In this document: positions 28,776-36,053 of the stretch, one piece after another
How the letters are laid out: each line of letters begins with the position of its first letter
Numbering within the stretch: the first letter of the stretch is position 1
Source of the DNA: Gemmatimonadales bacterium
GTDB lineage: Bacteria; Gemmatimonadota; Gemmatimonadetes; Gemmatimonadales; GWC2-71-9
Direction: 5' to 3'
Assembly (NCBI GenBank): GCA_036522815.1
Contig: DATDFC010000140.1
Location: 4,243 to 68,242 of the forward strand
DNA: 64,000 nucleotides
The notes under the pieces: model-generated
What the model was told of the DNA's origin: nothing
What the model saw: the letters and a program-made list of their open reading frames with translations, nothing else
The model's database searches: none
Position numbers and translations under genes: made by a program

Positions 28776-30253
28776 GCGCCGCTCCCGTGGCGGAGGGCGT
28801 GCGCGACGGGCGAGTGCTCCGAGCCGCCCTCGCCTACCTTGTCACTGGCTTCGCGACGTTCCTGCTCATGGGCCTACTCGGGCTCCACATGCGGCTCGAT
28901 CAGGGCGGCCTCATGACGGTGTCGCCAACCTGGTTCTACCGAATCATGACGCTGCACGGGAGTGGCATGGTGGCGGGCACGATGCTCGCCACCATGGGCG
29001 GGCTTGCTGCCGCCGTAGAGCGGACCGTGCGCCTCAGCGCTCGAGCGCTGTGGACCGCGTTCCTCGTCTACATGCTCGGCATGGGATTCATTGTCTTGGC
29101 TACGACCCTGGGCGGGTTCGCCGCGGGGTGGACGGTATTGTATCCCCTGCCCGCGCTCGGGCGCGTATGGACGCTCTGGGCGGCAGTCGCGGCCTTCGTG
29201 GGCTACCTCTTTGTCACCCTCGGATTCACCCTCTACTGTTTCCACATCGCCTGGCGGATCGCGGCAGAGCGACACGGCCTCGGTAACGCCTTGGGGTGGT
29301 CGCTCTGGCGGAAGACGGAGCCGAACGATCCCCGCCGGCCCGGCTCCGCCGTCGAGATCATTGCCGCGGTGGTGACGCTCCAAGGTGTCTTCACGGGCCT
29401 CGTCGGCGCGGCGTACGTCGTGCCGGTACTCCTGAAGGATGCGGGACTCGTCGCCGCGCTCGACCCCTTGCTCGAGAAGAACCTCGCCTACTTGTTCGGC
29501 CACCAGCTCGCGAATCTGAACATCTACTTCGCTGCCGCTTTCGTGTACGCGCTCGTGGCGGAGCACACCGGTCGCCGGTGGCCAGCCAGCCGCCACGTGG
29601 CCGTCGCATGGAACCTCGTGCTGCTGCTCGTGCTGCTCCCCTGGCCGCACCATCTCTACCAGGACTTCGCACAACCGACGTTCATGCCCATTGCCGCCGA
29701 AGCCATATCGTTCCTCGTCGGGATCCCCTCCTTCCTCGTTACGATCTTCGGCGCTCTTGGGCGGATCAACCGATCCGGCATGCAGTGGTCGGTTCCGATG
29801 ATCCTCGTGGCGCTGGGACTATGGGGGTGGGTGACGGGAGGGCTCGGCGCCGTTCTGGACTCTGTGATCCAGGTAAACCAGGTCACGCACAACACGCTGT
29901 GGGTGCCGGCGCACTTCCACACGTACTACCTGCTCGGCGCTGCGGCCTTCACGTGGGCGTACCTGTACGACTTGGTGACTCGGCTTGCCGGCGTGCCGGA
30001 GGGTCGCGCGAGTCGGGTGGCAGCGTGGCTCTACGGCGTGGGTGGGGCTGGGTTCGTCCTGATGTTCTTCCTCTCTGGAGCGGCTGGCGTTCCCCGCCGC
30101 TATGCGGCCCACCTCCCCCAGTGGCAGCCGTTCGCGCGGATGGCGGTGCCCTTTGTCGTGCTGCTCGCTCTCGCCCTGGTGTGGCTCGCCGTGGACGTCG
30201 TCACGCGTCTGCGCCCGGCGTGGGTGCGCGCGGGCGCTGGTACACGGAACTAG
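28772..30253 (+). CDS. Haem-copper oxidase superfamily subunit I, atypical (no Tyr at the cross-link position)
   Basis: Twelve-TM-like hydrophobic profile. TLHG (haem His), FGHQLAN (CuB His, but N where A/B-family oxidases have the cross-linked Y), PWPHHLY (CuB His pair) and VPAHFHTYY (haem His pair). The ATG overlaps the subunit II stop (ATGA). Confidence 0.85.
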   Translation: MSAAPVAEGVRDGRVLRAALAYLVTGFATFLLMGLLGLHMRLDQGGLMTVSPTWFYRIMTLHGSGMVAGTMLATMGGLAAAVERTVRLSARALWTAFLVYMLGMGFIVLATTLGGFAAGWTVLYPLPALGRVWTLWAAVAAFVGYLFVTLGFTLYCFHIAWRIAAERHGLGNALGWSLWRKTEPNDPRRPGSAVEIIAAVVTLQGVFTGLVGAAYVVPVLLKDAGLVAALDPLLEKNLAYLFGHQLANLNIYFAAAFVYALVAEHTGRRWPASRHVAVAWNLVLLLVLLPWPHHLYQDFAQPTFMPIAAEAISFLVGIPSFLVTIFGALGRINRSGMQWSVPMILVALGLWGWVTGGLGAVLDSVIQVNQVTHNTLWVPAHFHTYYLLGAAAFTWAYLYDLVTRLAGVPEGRASRVAAWLYGVGGAGFVLMFFLSGAAGVPRRYAAHLPQWQPFARMAVPFVVLLALALVWLAVDVVTRLRPAWVRAGAGTRN

Positions 30254-30263
30254 CGGAAGTCCC

Positions 30264-30947
30264 GTGGGCGCTCGCATCGCGGCCATCCCTGACGCGCAAG
30301 TCTCTCCACTGGCCCGTGGGACGCTGGTGGGCGGCATCGCGGTCCTGGCGATCGCGATCTCGCCTCCGTTCGACCGGATCGCCGACCGATTCCTCACTGC
30401 CCACATGGCCCAGCATCTCCTGCTGACTCTTGTCGCAGCGCCGCTGCTTGTGGCAGGGGTCGGTGCGTGGCAGCCGCTCTGGGTCACGCTCGAGAAGCTG
30501 GTTTTGGGGCGCGGAGGCGCAGCCCTCGGGCGTGTCCTCACGCACCCACTTGTCGCTTGGGTGATTTCGGCCGTCGTGCTCTGGGCCTGGCACGCCCCGC
30601 AGGCCTACGACGCGGCGCTCGCCGACGACCGCGTGCACGCCGCCGAGCACCTTTCGTTCGTAGTCGCTTACGTGCTTTACTGGTGGCCACTCCTCGGGAC
30701 CGGCGTGGCCGAGCGGTCGAACGCATTTCGGGCCTTCTACCTCCTTGCAGGAACCGCGACGGGCGGATTGCTCGGCGCGTTGCTCACCTTCGCGCCGGGC
30801 GCGTGGTACGCTCATTACAACGCCATACCCAGCCCAACAGGCCTGTCGCCCCTCGCCGACCAGCATCTCGCGGGAGCGGTCATGTGGCTCATCGGTGCGG
30901 TACCGTTCGCGCTGATTGGGGTGGCCGTGCTGCGGGACGAGGGCTAG
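30264..30947 (+). CDS. ctaG: Cytochrome c oxidase assembly factor CtaG (Caa3_CtaG family) membrane protein
   Basis: FLTAHMAQHLLLTLVAAPLL, VLWAWHAPQAYDAAL and ADQHLAGAVMW motifs. The GTG start at 30264 is inferred. Confidence 0.65.
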   Translation: MGARIAAIPDAQVSPLARGTLVGGIAVLAIAISPPFDRIADRFLTAHMAQHLLLTLVAAPLLVAGVGAWQPLWVTLEKLVLGRGGAALGRVLTHPLVAWVISAVVLWAWHAPQAYDAALADDRVHAAEHLSFVVAYVLYWWPLLGTGVAERSNAFRAFYLLAGTATGGLLGALLTFAPGAWYAHYNAIPSPTGLSPLADQHLAGAVMWLIGAVPFALIGVAVLRDEG

Positions 30948-31957
30948 TGGCGAGGCGGCGGGTTTTCTCCGGTATCCAGCCGACAGGGAAGCTCCATCTG
31001 GGCAACTACATCGGCGCGATCAGCCTCTGGGTCGCGGCGCAAGCGGAGCACGAGGCGATCTTTTGCATCGCTGACCTCCACGCTTTGACGATTCCCGAGG
31101 CCGCGCGGGCTGCTCACCTCCGGGCCAAGGTGCGCGAGACGGCGGCCGTTCTCGTCGCCTGCGGGATCGATCCGGCTCGCGCGATTCTTTTCGTGCAGTC
31201 GCATGTCCCTGCGCACACACAACTGGCATGGCTCCTCAGCTGCGTGACGCCCGTCGGCTGGCTCGAGCGCATGATTCAGTTCAAGACTCGGTCCGCCGCG
31301 CTCGAGAGCGTGGGCACAGGACTACTCGCGTACCCGGTGCTGCAGGCGGCGGACATCCTGCTCTATCGGGCCGATCTCGTCCCGGTCGGTGAGGATCAGC
31401 AGCAACACATCGAGTTCACCCGCGACGTCGCAAGGCGATTCCACGCGCTGTTCGGACAGGTGTTCACGCTCCCGGAATCGATGCTCCAGCCGAGCGGCGC
31501 GCGGATAATGGGTTTGGACGACCCCAGCACGAAGATGAGCAAGAGCCGGGGCGAGACCCGGCCGTATCACGCCATCGGCTTGGTCGATCCCCCCGATGCG
31601 ATCCGTGACGTCGTCATGCACGCGGTCACCGACTCCGGGCGAGAGGTGCAGCCAGAGCGTGCGTCCCCGGGCGTAACCAATCTCCTGAGGATCTACGAGC
31701 TGCTGTCGGGCCGCCGCAGCGACGCCGTACAGGCGGAGTTCATGGGAAAGGGTTACGCAGTCTTGAAGCGTGCGGTTGCGGACTTGGTCGTCACGACGCT
31801 CGAGCCCATCCGGCGGCGGTATCTAGATATTGCAGCCGAACCGGGGCGGCTCGATGCGGTACTTGATGAGGGTGCCGAGCGCGCCCGCCCACTCGCTGAC
31901 GCGACGCTCGATCGGGTCAATCAGCTAATGGGCTTGGAAGAGGGAACCCAGGATTGA
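30947..31957 (+). CDS. trpS: Tryptophan--tRNA ligase
   Basis: RVFSGIQPTGKLHLGNYIGA (HIGH-type motif) and KMSKS. The GTG start overlaps the ctaG stop by 1 nt. Confidence 0.9.
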   Translation: MARRRVFSGIQPTGKLHLGNYIGAISLWVAAQAEHEAIFCIADLHALTIPEAARAAHLRAKVRETAAVLVACGIDPARAILFVQSHVPAHTQLAWLLSCVTPVGWLERMIQFKTRSAALESVGTGLLAYPVLQAADILLYRADLVPVGEDQQQHIEFTRDVARRFHALFGQVFTLPESMLQPSGARIMGLDDPSTKMSKSRGETRPYHAIGLVDPPDAIRDVVMHAVTDSGREVQPERASPGVTNLLRIYELLSGRRSDAVQAEFMGKGYAVLKRAVADLVVTTLEPIRRRYLDIAAEPGRLDAVLDEGAERARPLADATLDRVNQLMGLEEGTQD

Positions 31958-32205
31958 GTAAATCGGTTGGCCTCACTCTGACCCGTAAGAGCGTAGGAGG
32001 GCGGCTTACTTCTCCGCCACGAGCGGCCCGACGTTCACCGTCATTCGCGGCGACATCGAGCCACGCAGGAACGTCAGGTGGACGACTTGATCTGAGGGGG
32101 TTGTTCGACGGTTTGGTGGAAGATGTACCCAAGGAGGGCTCCGGCGCCGCTGCTCACTATCGTCAACAGGGCGGGAACCACCACCGGAGGTGCCAGGGCG
32201 ATCGG

Positions 32206-32478
32206 GCGACCAAACGCGCCGGGCTCGCGGGCATGTTGGTGCATGACCTCCGGCGCACGGCCGTGCGAGATTTTCGACGCGCCGGCGTGTCGGAGGGTGA
32301 GATCATGAAGCTCTGCGGGTGGCGGACGCGCTCGATGTTCGATCGCTACAACATCATCGACGAGGCGGACCTCGCCGCAGCCGTGGCGAGGCGGTTTGGC
32401 AACGGCAAAAAAACCGCAGACATAAAGCCTTCCGCGCTCGCCCCGGATTCTGTAACTTCCAGCCGCAGCGATTCTTAG
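32206..32478 (+). pseudogene. C-terminal fragment of a tyrosine recombinase (phage-type integrase)
   Basis: LVHDLRRTAVRDFRRAGVSEGEIMKLCGWRTRSMFDRYNI carries the box II His/Arg and the catalytic Tyr. Sequence upstream of ~32206 is not integrase-like, so the N-terminal two-thirds are missing. Confidence 0.7.
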
Positions 32479-32514
32479 GTCCGTAGCTCAATTGGTAGAG
32501 CACCGGTCTCCAAA
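32361..32514 (+). repeat. Right copy of direct repeat (integrase 3' tail + tRNA-Trp 5' half)
   Basis: Partner of 423-549; see that feature. Confidence 0.9.
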
Positions 32515-32549
32515 ACCGGGGGTTGCAGGTTCGATTCCTGCCGGGCCTG
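32477..32549 (+). tRNA. trnW: tRNA-Trp (anticodon CCA)
   Basis: Hand-folded cloverleaf. The acceptor stem AGGTCCG/CGGGCCT has one G-T pair. The D-arm is GCTC-AATTGGTA-GAGC and the anticodon arm is CCGGT-CTCCAAA-ACCGG. The T-arm is GCAGG-TTCGATT-CCTGC and the discriminator is G. CCA is not encoded. Confidence 0.9.
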
Positions 32550-32570
32550 TATAAACCACAACGACTTACA

Positions 32571-32600
32571 CGCGAGGGTCACTCCCTCGCGTTTGTTTTT
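32571..32600 (+). terminator. Rho-independent terminator after tRNA-Trp
   Basis: CGCGAGGG-TCACT-CCCTCGCG hairpin followed by TTTGTTTTT. Confidence 0.75.
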
Positions 32601-32657
32601 GTGTCCAATTCGCGTCCGTTACGGAGTGCCGGGCCCTGTGCGTGGCTTGGTTGCTGG

Positions 32658-33329
32658 TCAGAGTCGAGTATTTCTCGTGGCAGAGCCCGTCAATCCCAGC
32701 TGAGCGAGTGCGTTTTCAATTGCTTCCTTGGCCTCTGACACTGAGCAACAGAAGACCTCTCCAAACAGCGCCGCCTCGTCTAGGCGGTCTGCGAGAATCT
32801 CGTGTGTCAGAAGTTCAACCTGTTCCGCACACTCGGTGTAAACTGTGGCGCCCAGCTGCCAAATGCCGACAGCGAGTGCCTGATGTCGGTGTATTCCAAT
32901 GCGCCGTTCAAGCGTCTTAATCCTTCTGGTGGCTGATGCCTTCTCGTCACCGGACAGTTCGGCGAGACGGTTCTTCATCTTGTCTAGGTGCGTCTCAGCG
33001 AGTGCGACTTCTTTCTCTAGGGGTAACGCGTCTCCCCCCGGGCAAGGCCTACTATACCCGGGATGCCGAGGAACCCGTCCTCCGACGATGTTCAAACGCC
33101 CTCCGCAGATCTGACACGTGCTCCTTCGACCAAGCCACATGTCATTCACGACACGAAGCCGAAGGCCAACGTCGTTGATGGTCATGCCGATCTTCACCCG
33201 CTGCGCTTCGGGATTTTCGAGGATGTATACAGCCCCGTCCATTTTGCGGAACTCGACCATTGGACGTCCCGTTAACTCAGATTCGACTGCACGGGCTGGC
33301 TCCGTGCTGAGTTGCACACTCCCGCACAA
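32658..33329 (-). CDS. T5orf172 / GIY-YIG-superfamily (MUG113-like) domain protein with inserted Cys/His knuckle
   Basis: DGAVYILENPEAQRVKIGMTINDVGLRLRVVN matches the T5orf172 N-terminal pattern. The insert is CQICGG...H...C. The C-terminal ECAEQVELLTHEIL...GEVFCCSVSEAKEAI is typical of the domain's end. The start could be the ATG at 33260 or 33242. Confidence 0.6.
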   Translation of the reverse strand: MCGSVQLSTEPARAVESELTGRPMVEFRKMDGAVYILENPEAQRVKIGMTINDVGLRLRVVNDMWLGRRSTCQICGGRLNIVGGRVPRHPGYSRPCPGGDALPLEKEVALAETHLDKMKNRLAELSGDEKASATRRIKTLERRIGIHRHQALAVGIWQLGATVYTECAEQVELLTHEILADRLDEAALFGEVFCCSVSEAKEAIENALAQLGLTGSATRNTRL

Positions 33330-33431
33330 CCTGCTCGATCCATGAAAAGGGGGGGAAGCAGATCTGTCAGCCTTTGTGCAACGTCCAGATCGGCGCTGAG
33401 AAAGGAAATCGCCACGTCGTACTTGTAGGTC

Positions 33432-34316
33432 TTACTCAAATAGCTGTCCTTGCGAGTCGAGTCGCCGCAGGCTCTTAATGCACTTGTGCCACAGCTCCAA
33501 CCCGAATGCGTCCTTGCTGTAGTAGGTTAGCATGTATTGGAGCACCTTCGTTCCGGCAGCGTAAATCGGAAGAGGAGAAACGACGGGGTAGCCCCGGCGC
33601 TGCATAGCTTCGGTGAACGAGTTGAGAATGAACCGCACGGGCTTCCCATCTCGTCGGTAGTCGGCTCTCCAGTCCGGACGATCTACCAGGTCGGCGATCC
33701 GGTTGTCGTTGGGATCGTTGAAATACTGCTTGAAATTGCGCCGCGCGTCGTTCCCTAGCATGAGCAGAACGAGAAAATCGATTCGCAGATCCGTCAGCGC
33801 CCCGATGGTGCTTCTGAATTGCAGTTCTGCACTGAACGGGTCCACGAAACAAAAGCCGAGCAGACGTTTCTTGGGCAGGTAGTACCGCACATCGGTGATG
33901 CTGTCGTGCACGTCCTTCGGAATGATGTGGACGTTTGCCGTCGGTGCGACTCGCCGCCAGCGCGCCGATAGGGCTTTGACGCAACTCGGGCTTTTTTCCA
34001 CGAAGACGTAGTGATTGAAGAGTTGCGGCTGCCGCAACACAGACAGCGCCGAAGTCTGGACGACTAGATCGCTCCCAGCGATCCGTGCATGGCCCGGGCC
34101 TGCATACAGGCCGATGTACGATGTGTCCCACTTGTCGCGCATCGATGTGGCGAACATGCGCGCGAAGCGATTGTGAACGCGAATCTTTTCCAGCGAGTGC
34201 GCCTTGATGAACGGCGTGCAAAGCCCGTCGTCATTGACGGGAAGCGGCGCATCACTGTCCGGGGACTCTGCTACGCGAAGAGGGCTGTGTCGTCTACTGT
34301 CGGATACTCGCTCCAT
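33432..34316 (-). CDS. Three-Cys-motif partner protein (TcmP-like), Rossmann/methyltransferase-like motifs
   Basis: 294 aa immediately downstream of, and overlapping, the DUF5131 gene, which is the arrangement described for TcmP. It contains YIGLYAGPGHARI (like MTase motif I) and FCFVDPFSAE (like the DPPF/Y motif IV). Confidence 0.55.
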   Translation of the reverse strand: MERVSDSRRHSPLRVAESPDSDAPLPVNDDGLCTPFIKAHSLEKIRVHNRFARMFATSMRDKWDTSYIGLYAGPGHARIAGSDLVVQTSALSVLRQPQLFNHYVFVEKSPSCVKALSARWRRVAPTANVHIIPKDVHDSITDVRYYLPKKRLLGFCFVDPFSAELQFRSTIGALTDLRIDFLVLLMLGNDARRNFKQYFNDPNDNRIADLVDRPDWRADYRRDGKPVRFILNSFTEAMQRRGYPVVSPLPIYAAGTKVLQYMLTYYSKDAFGLELWHKCIKSLRRLDSQGQLFE

Positions 34317-35050
34317 GTCCGTCCATCCAGAATGCGACCGCCTGCCTTCGGTGTGCGACCACCAACCTGTTTGAAAAAGAACGGAACGCCGAGACGCAGG
34401 CAGGCGTCACGAAGTTTCCTGACCCACTCCAAGTTGAGGGGTCGATGATGAATCCCGCTTTCACCGCCAGCGATCACCCAGTGAATGCCGTCGAGACCAA
34501 CGCGGAGCGGACCGATCAACGGCTCACACGACAGAAATCGCACCATCGCGGGCACGCGCCGGAGGTGGTCAGCGCGATACGCCACGCGCGAGTCCTCAAT
34601 CGACGTGCCGAGCCAGATGTGACCGGGCACCACGCCGTTGGGAAATAGCTCCGCGTTGTTCCTAATGAACCGGGCCATCCGTGCCGGGCGCTTAGTGAGC
34701 AGCTGATAGCTATGCCGGTCTGCGCGGAGCATCACATCAAACACGCGGCGCACGTAGGCATCCGGCACGTCCACGTGAAAGAGGTCGCTCATGCTGTTGA
34801 CGAAAACCCTCTGCCGTCCCCGCCACGAAAACGGCTGGCTCAGTCGCTCGGGCCAGAGCCTCACTGCGAAGGGATCACGACGGTTCTCACGCGTGTCTTT
34901 TGCAGGACGTCGCCGGGTGTAGTGCTTTCGCAGGAGCCGATTGGCCAACGTTTGCGCGTAGCAGTTGTCGCAGCCGTCACTCACGTGGGTACAGCCCGTC
35001 ACCGGGTTCCAGGTGATGTTCGTCCATTCGATGCCAGTGCGGTTGGCCAC
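34271..35050 (-). CDS. DUF5131 / phage Gp37-Gp68 family protein
   Basis: N-terminal NRTGIEWTNITWNPVTGCTHVSDGCDNCYA, the characteristic three-Cys motif, then SMSDLFH and ...VIAGGESG. GTG start. Confidence 0.75.
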   Translation of the reverse strand: MANRTGIEWTNITWNPVTGCTHVSDGCDNCYAQTLANRLLRKHYTRRRPAKDTRENRRDPFAVRLWPERLSQPFSWRGRQRVFVNSMSDLFHVDVPDAYVRRVFDVMLRADRHSYQLLTKRPARMARFIRNNAELFPNGVVPGHIWLGTSIEDSRVAYRADHLRRVPAMVRFLSCEPLIGPLRVGLDGIHWVIAGGESGIHHRPLNLEWVRKLRDACLRLGVPFFFKQVGGRTPKAGGRILDGRTWSEYPTVDDTALFA

Positions 35051-35066
35051 GTAGCGAATCTAAGAC

Positions 35067-35303
35067 TTAGGCGGGGCGACGAACGTAGATCGCGGTCGGG
35101 GCGAGGTCCCTCGACCGCTGGACCCGTACTCCATACCCACTCACGTAGTCGATGAAACGGTCTACGCTTCCCGAATCGCCCAGTTCAGGATGGTAGATCG
35201 ACGGCTCCAGCCAGCAACCGCCGCTGAGCTGACCGGCCTGGAGCGCCGCGCGTATGTCGTCGAGGGTATGCCAGTCAGTCGGGGCCAGTTCGGGGGGCAC
35301 CAC
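35067..35303 (-). CDS. Hypothetical 78-aa protein, first gene of the islet operon
   Basis: Open frame 16 nt upstream of the DUF5131 gene on the same strand. I recognise no family. Confidence 0.4.
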   Translation of the reverse strand: MVPPELAPTDWHTLDDIRAALQAGQLSGGCWLEPSIYHPELGDSGSVDRFIDYVSGYGVRVQRSRDLAPTAIYVRRPA

Positions 35304-35449
35304 GCAGCTTACGGGTTTTCTTCGGGTCAGTCAAGTGACGCAAATCCGCCCTCCCTTGCCGCAAAAACGCCCTAGTGTGGGCGCGTCGCGGCGAGGCGTC
35401 GCTACTGGCGGACACCGGGCCCCGCTGCCATGCTTGACGCCTTCGGAAT

Positions 35450-35480
35450 CCCCCCCCCACCCCCCACCCCCGCCACCCCC
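35450..35480 (+). repeat. C-rich low-complexity tract (C9-A-C6-A-C5-G-CC-A-C5); G-runs on the minus strand
   Basis: Read directly. It ends at the GGAGG Shine-Dalgarno of the hdeD-like gene. Confidence 0.9.
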
Positions 35481-35489
35481 GGAGGTCAT

Positions 35490-36053
35490 ATGACAGCCGC
35501 CATCCTCGACGATCTCAAGCGAGTATATCAACGGACCTGGTGGGCGCTCGTGTTGCGCGGGGTGTTGGCGCTGGCCGTGGGGGTGTTCGTCTTTGCCCGG
35601 CCGCTCGATTCCGTCGCCGCCTTCGCGCTCGTGATCGCCTGGTGGGCGCTGTTTGCCGGCGCCGTCGACATCGTGCATGCCGTCGAGCTGCGCCGGGTCA
35701 TGAGACACTGGTGGGTGTTGCTGCTCTCCGGCCTGGTAGGGATCGGGTTCGGGATCGCGGCGCTGGTCTACTATCCGGTGCTCTCGCTGACCTTCGCGGT
35801 CGTGTGGGTGGCGTGGTGGCTGCTGGTCACCGGCATTCTCGGGATCTATGCCGCCATGATGCAACGGAGCATGGGCCTGCAGTGGGGCTGGACAGGGGCG
35901 TTCGCCGGGCTGAGCGTCGTCGCTTCCGTGTTCGCGCTGCTCTCCCCGCCGGCCACGCTCGCCGCGATCATGGGATTGATCGCCGCCTTCGCGATCGTGG
36001 CGGGGGTCGCGCTCCTGGCCGGGGCTTTCAAGCTGCGCTCCGTTATAGCATGA
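35490..36053 (+). CDS. HdeD/DUF308-family membrane protein
   Basis: Six-helix repeat pattern WWALVLRGVLALAVGVFVFARP..., WWVLLLSGLVGIGFGIAAL.... GGAGGT lies before the ATG at 35490. Confidence 0.7.
   Translation: MTAAILDDLKRVYQRTWWALVLRGVLALAVGVFVFARPLDSVAAFALVIAWWALFAGAVDIVHAVELRRVMRHWWVLLLSGLVGIGFGIAALVYYPVLSLTFAVVWVAWWLLVTGILGIYAAMMQRSMGLQWGWTGAFAGLSVVASVFALLSPPATLAAIMGLIAAFAIVAGVALLAGAFKLRSVIA

Noticed and set aside
31954-32478. 174-aa ORF as an intact gene.
   Set aside because: Only the last ~90 residues are integrase-like. The N-terminal half is low-complexity and lacks the integrase core-binding and catalytic Arg/Lys regions. It is treated as a relic.
35304-35460. Search for a second copy of the tRNA-Trp 3' end (attR-type repeat) at the right border of the lower-GC islet.
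   Set aside because: Only a weak resemblance was found (CTTCGGAATCC versus GTTCGATTCC). No convincing direct repeat was found by eye, so the islet's right boundary is defined by composition only.
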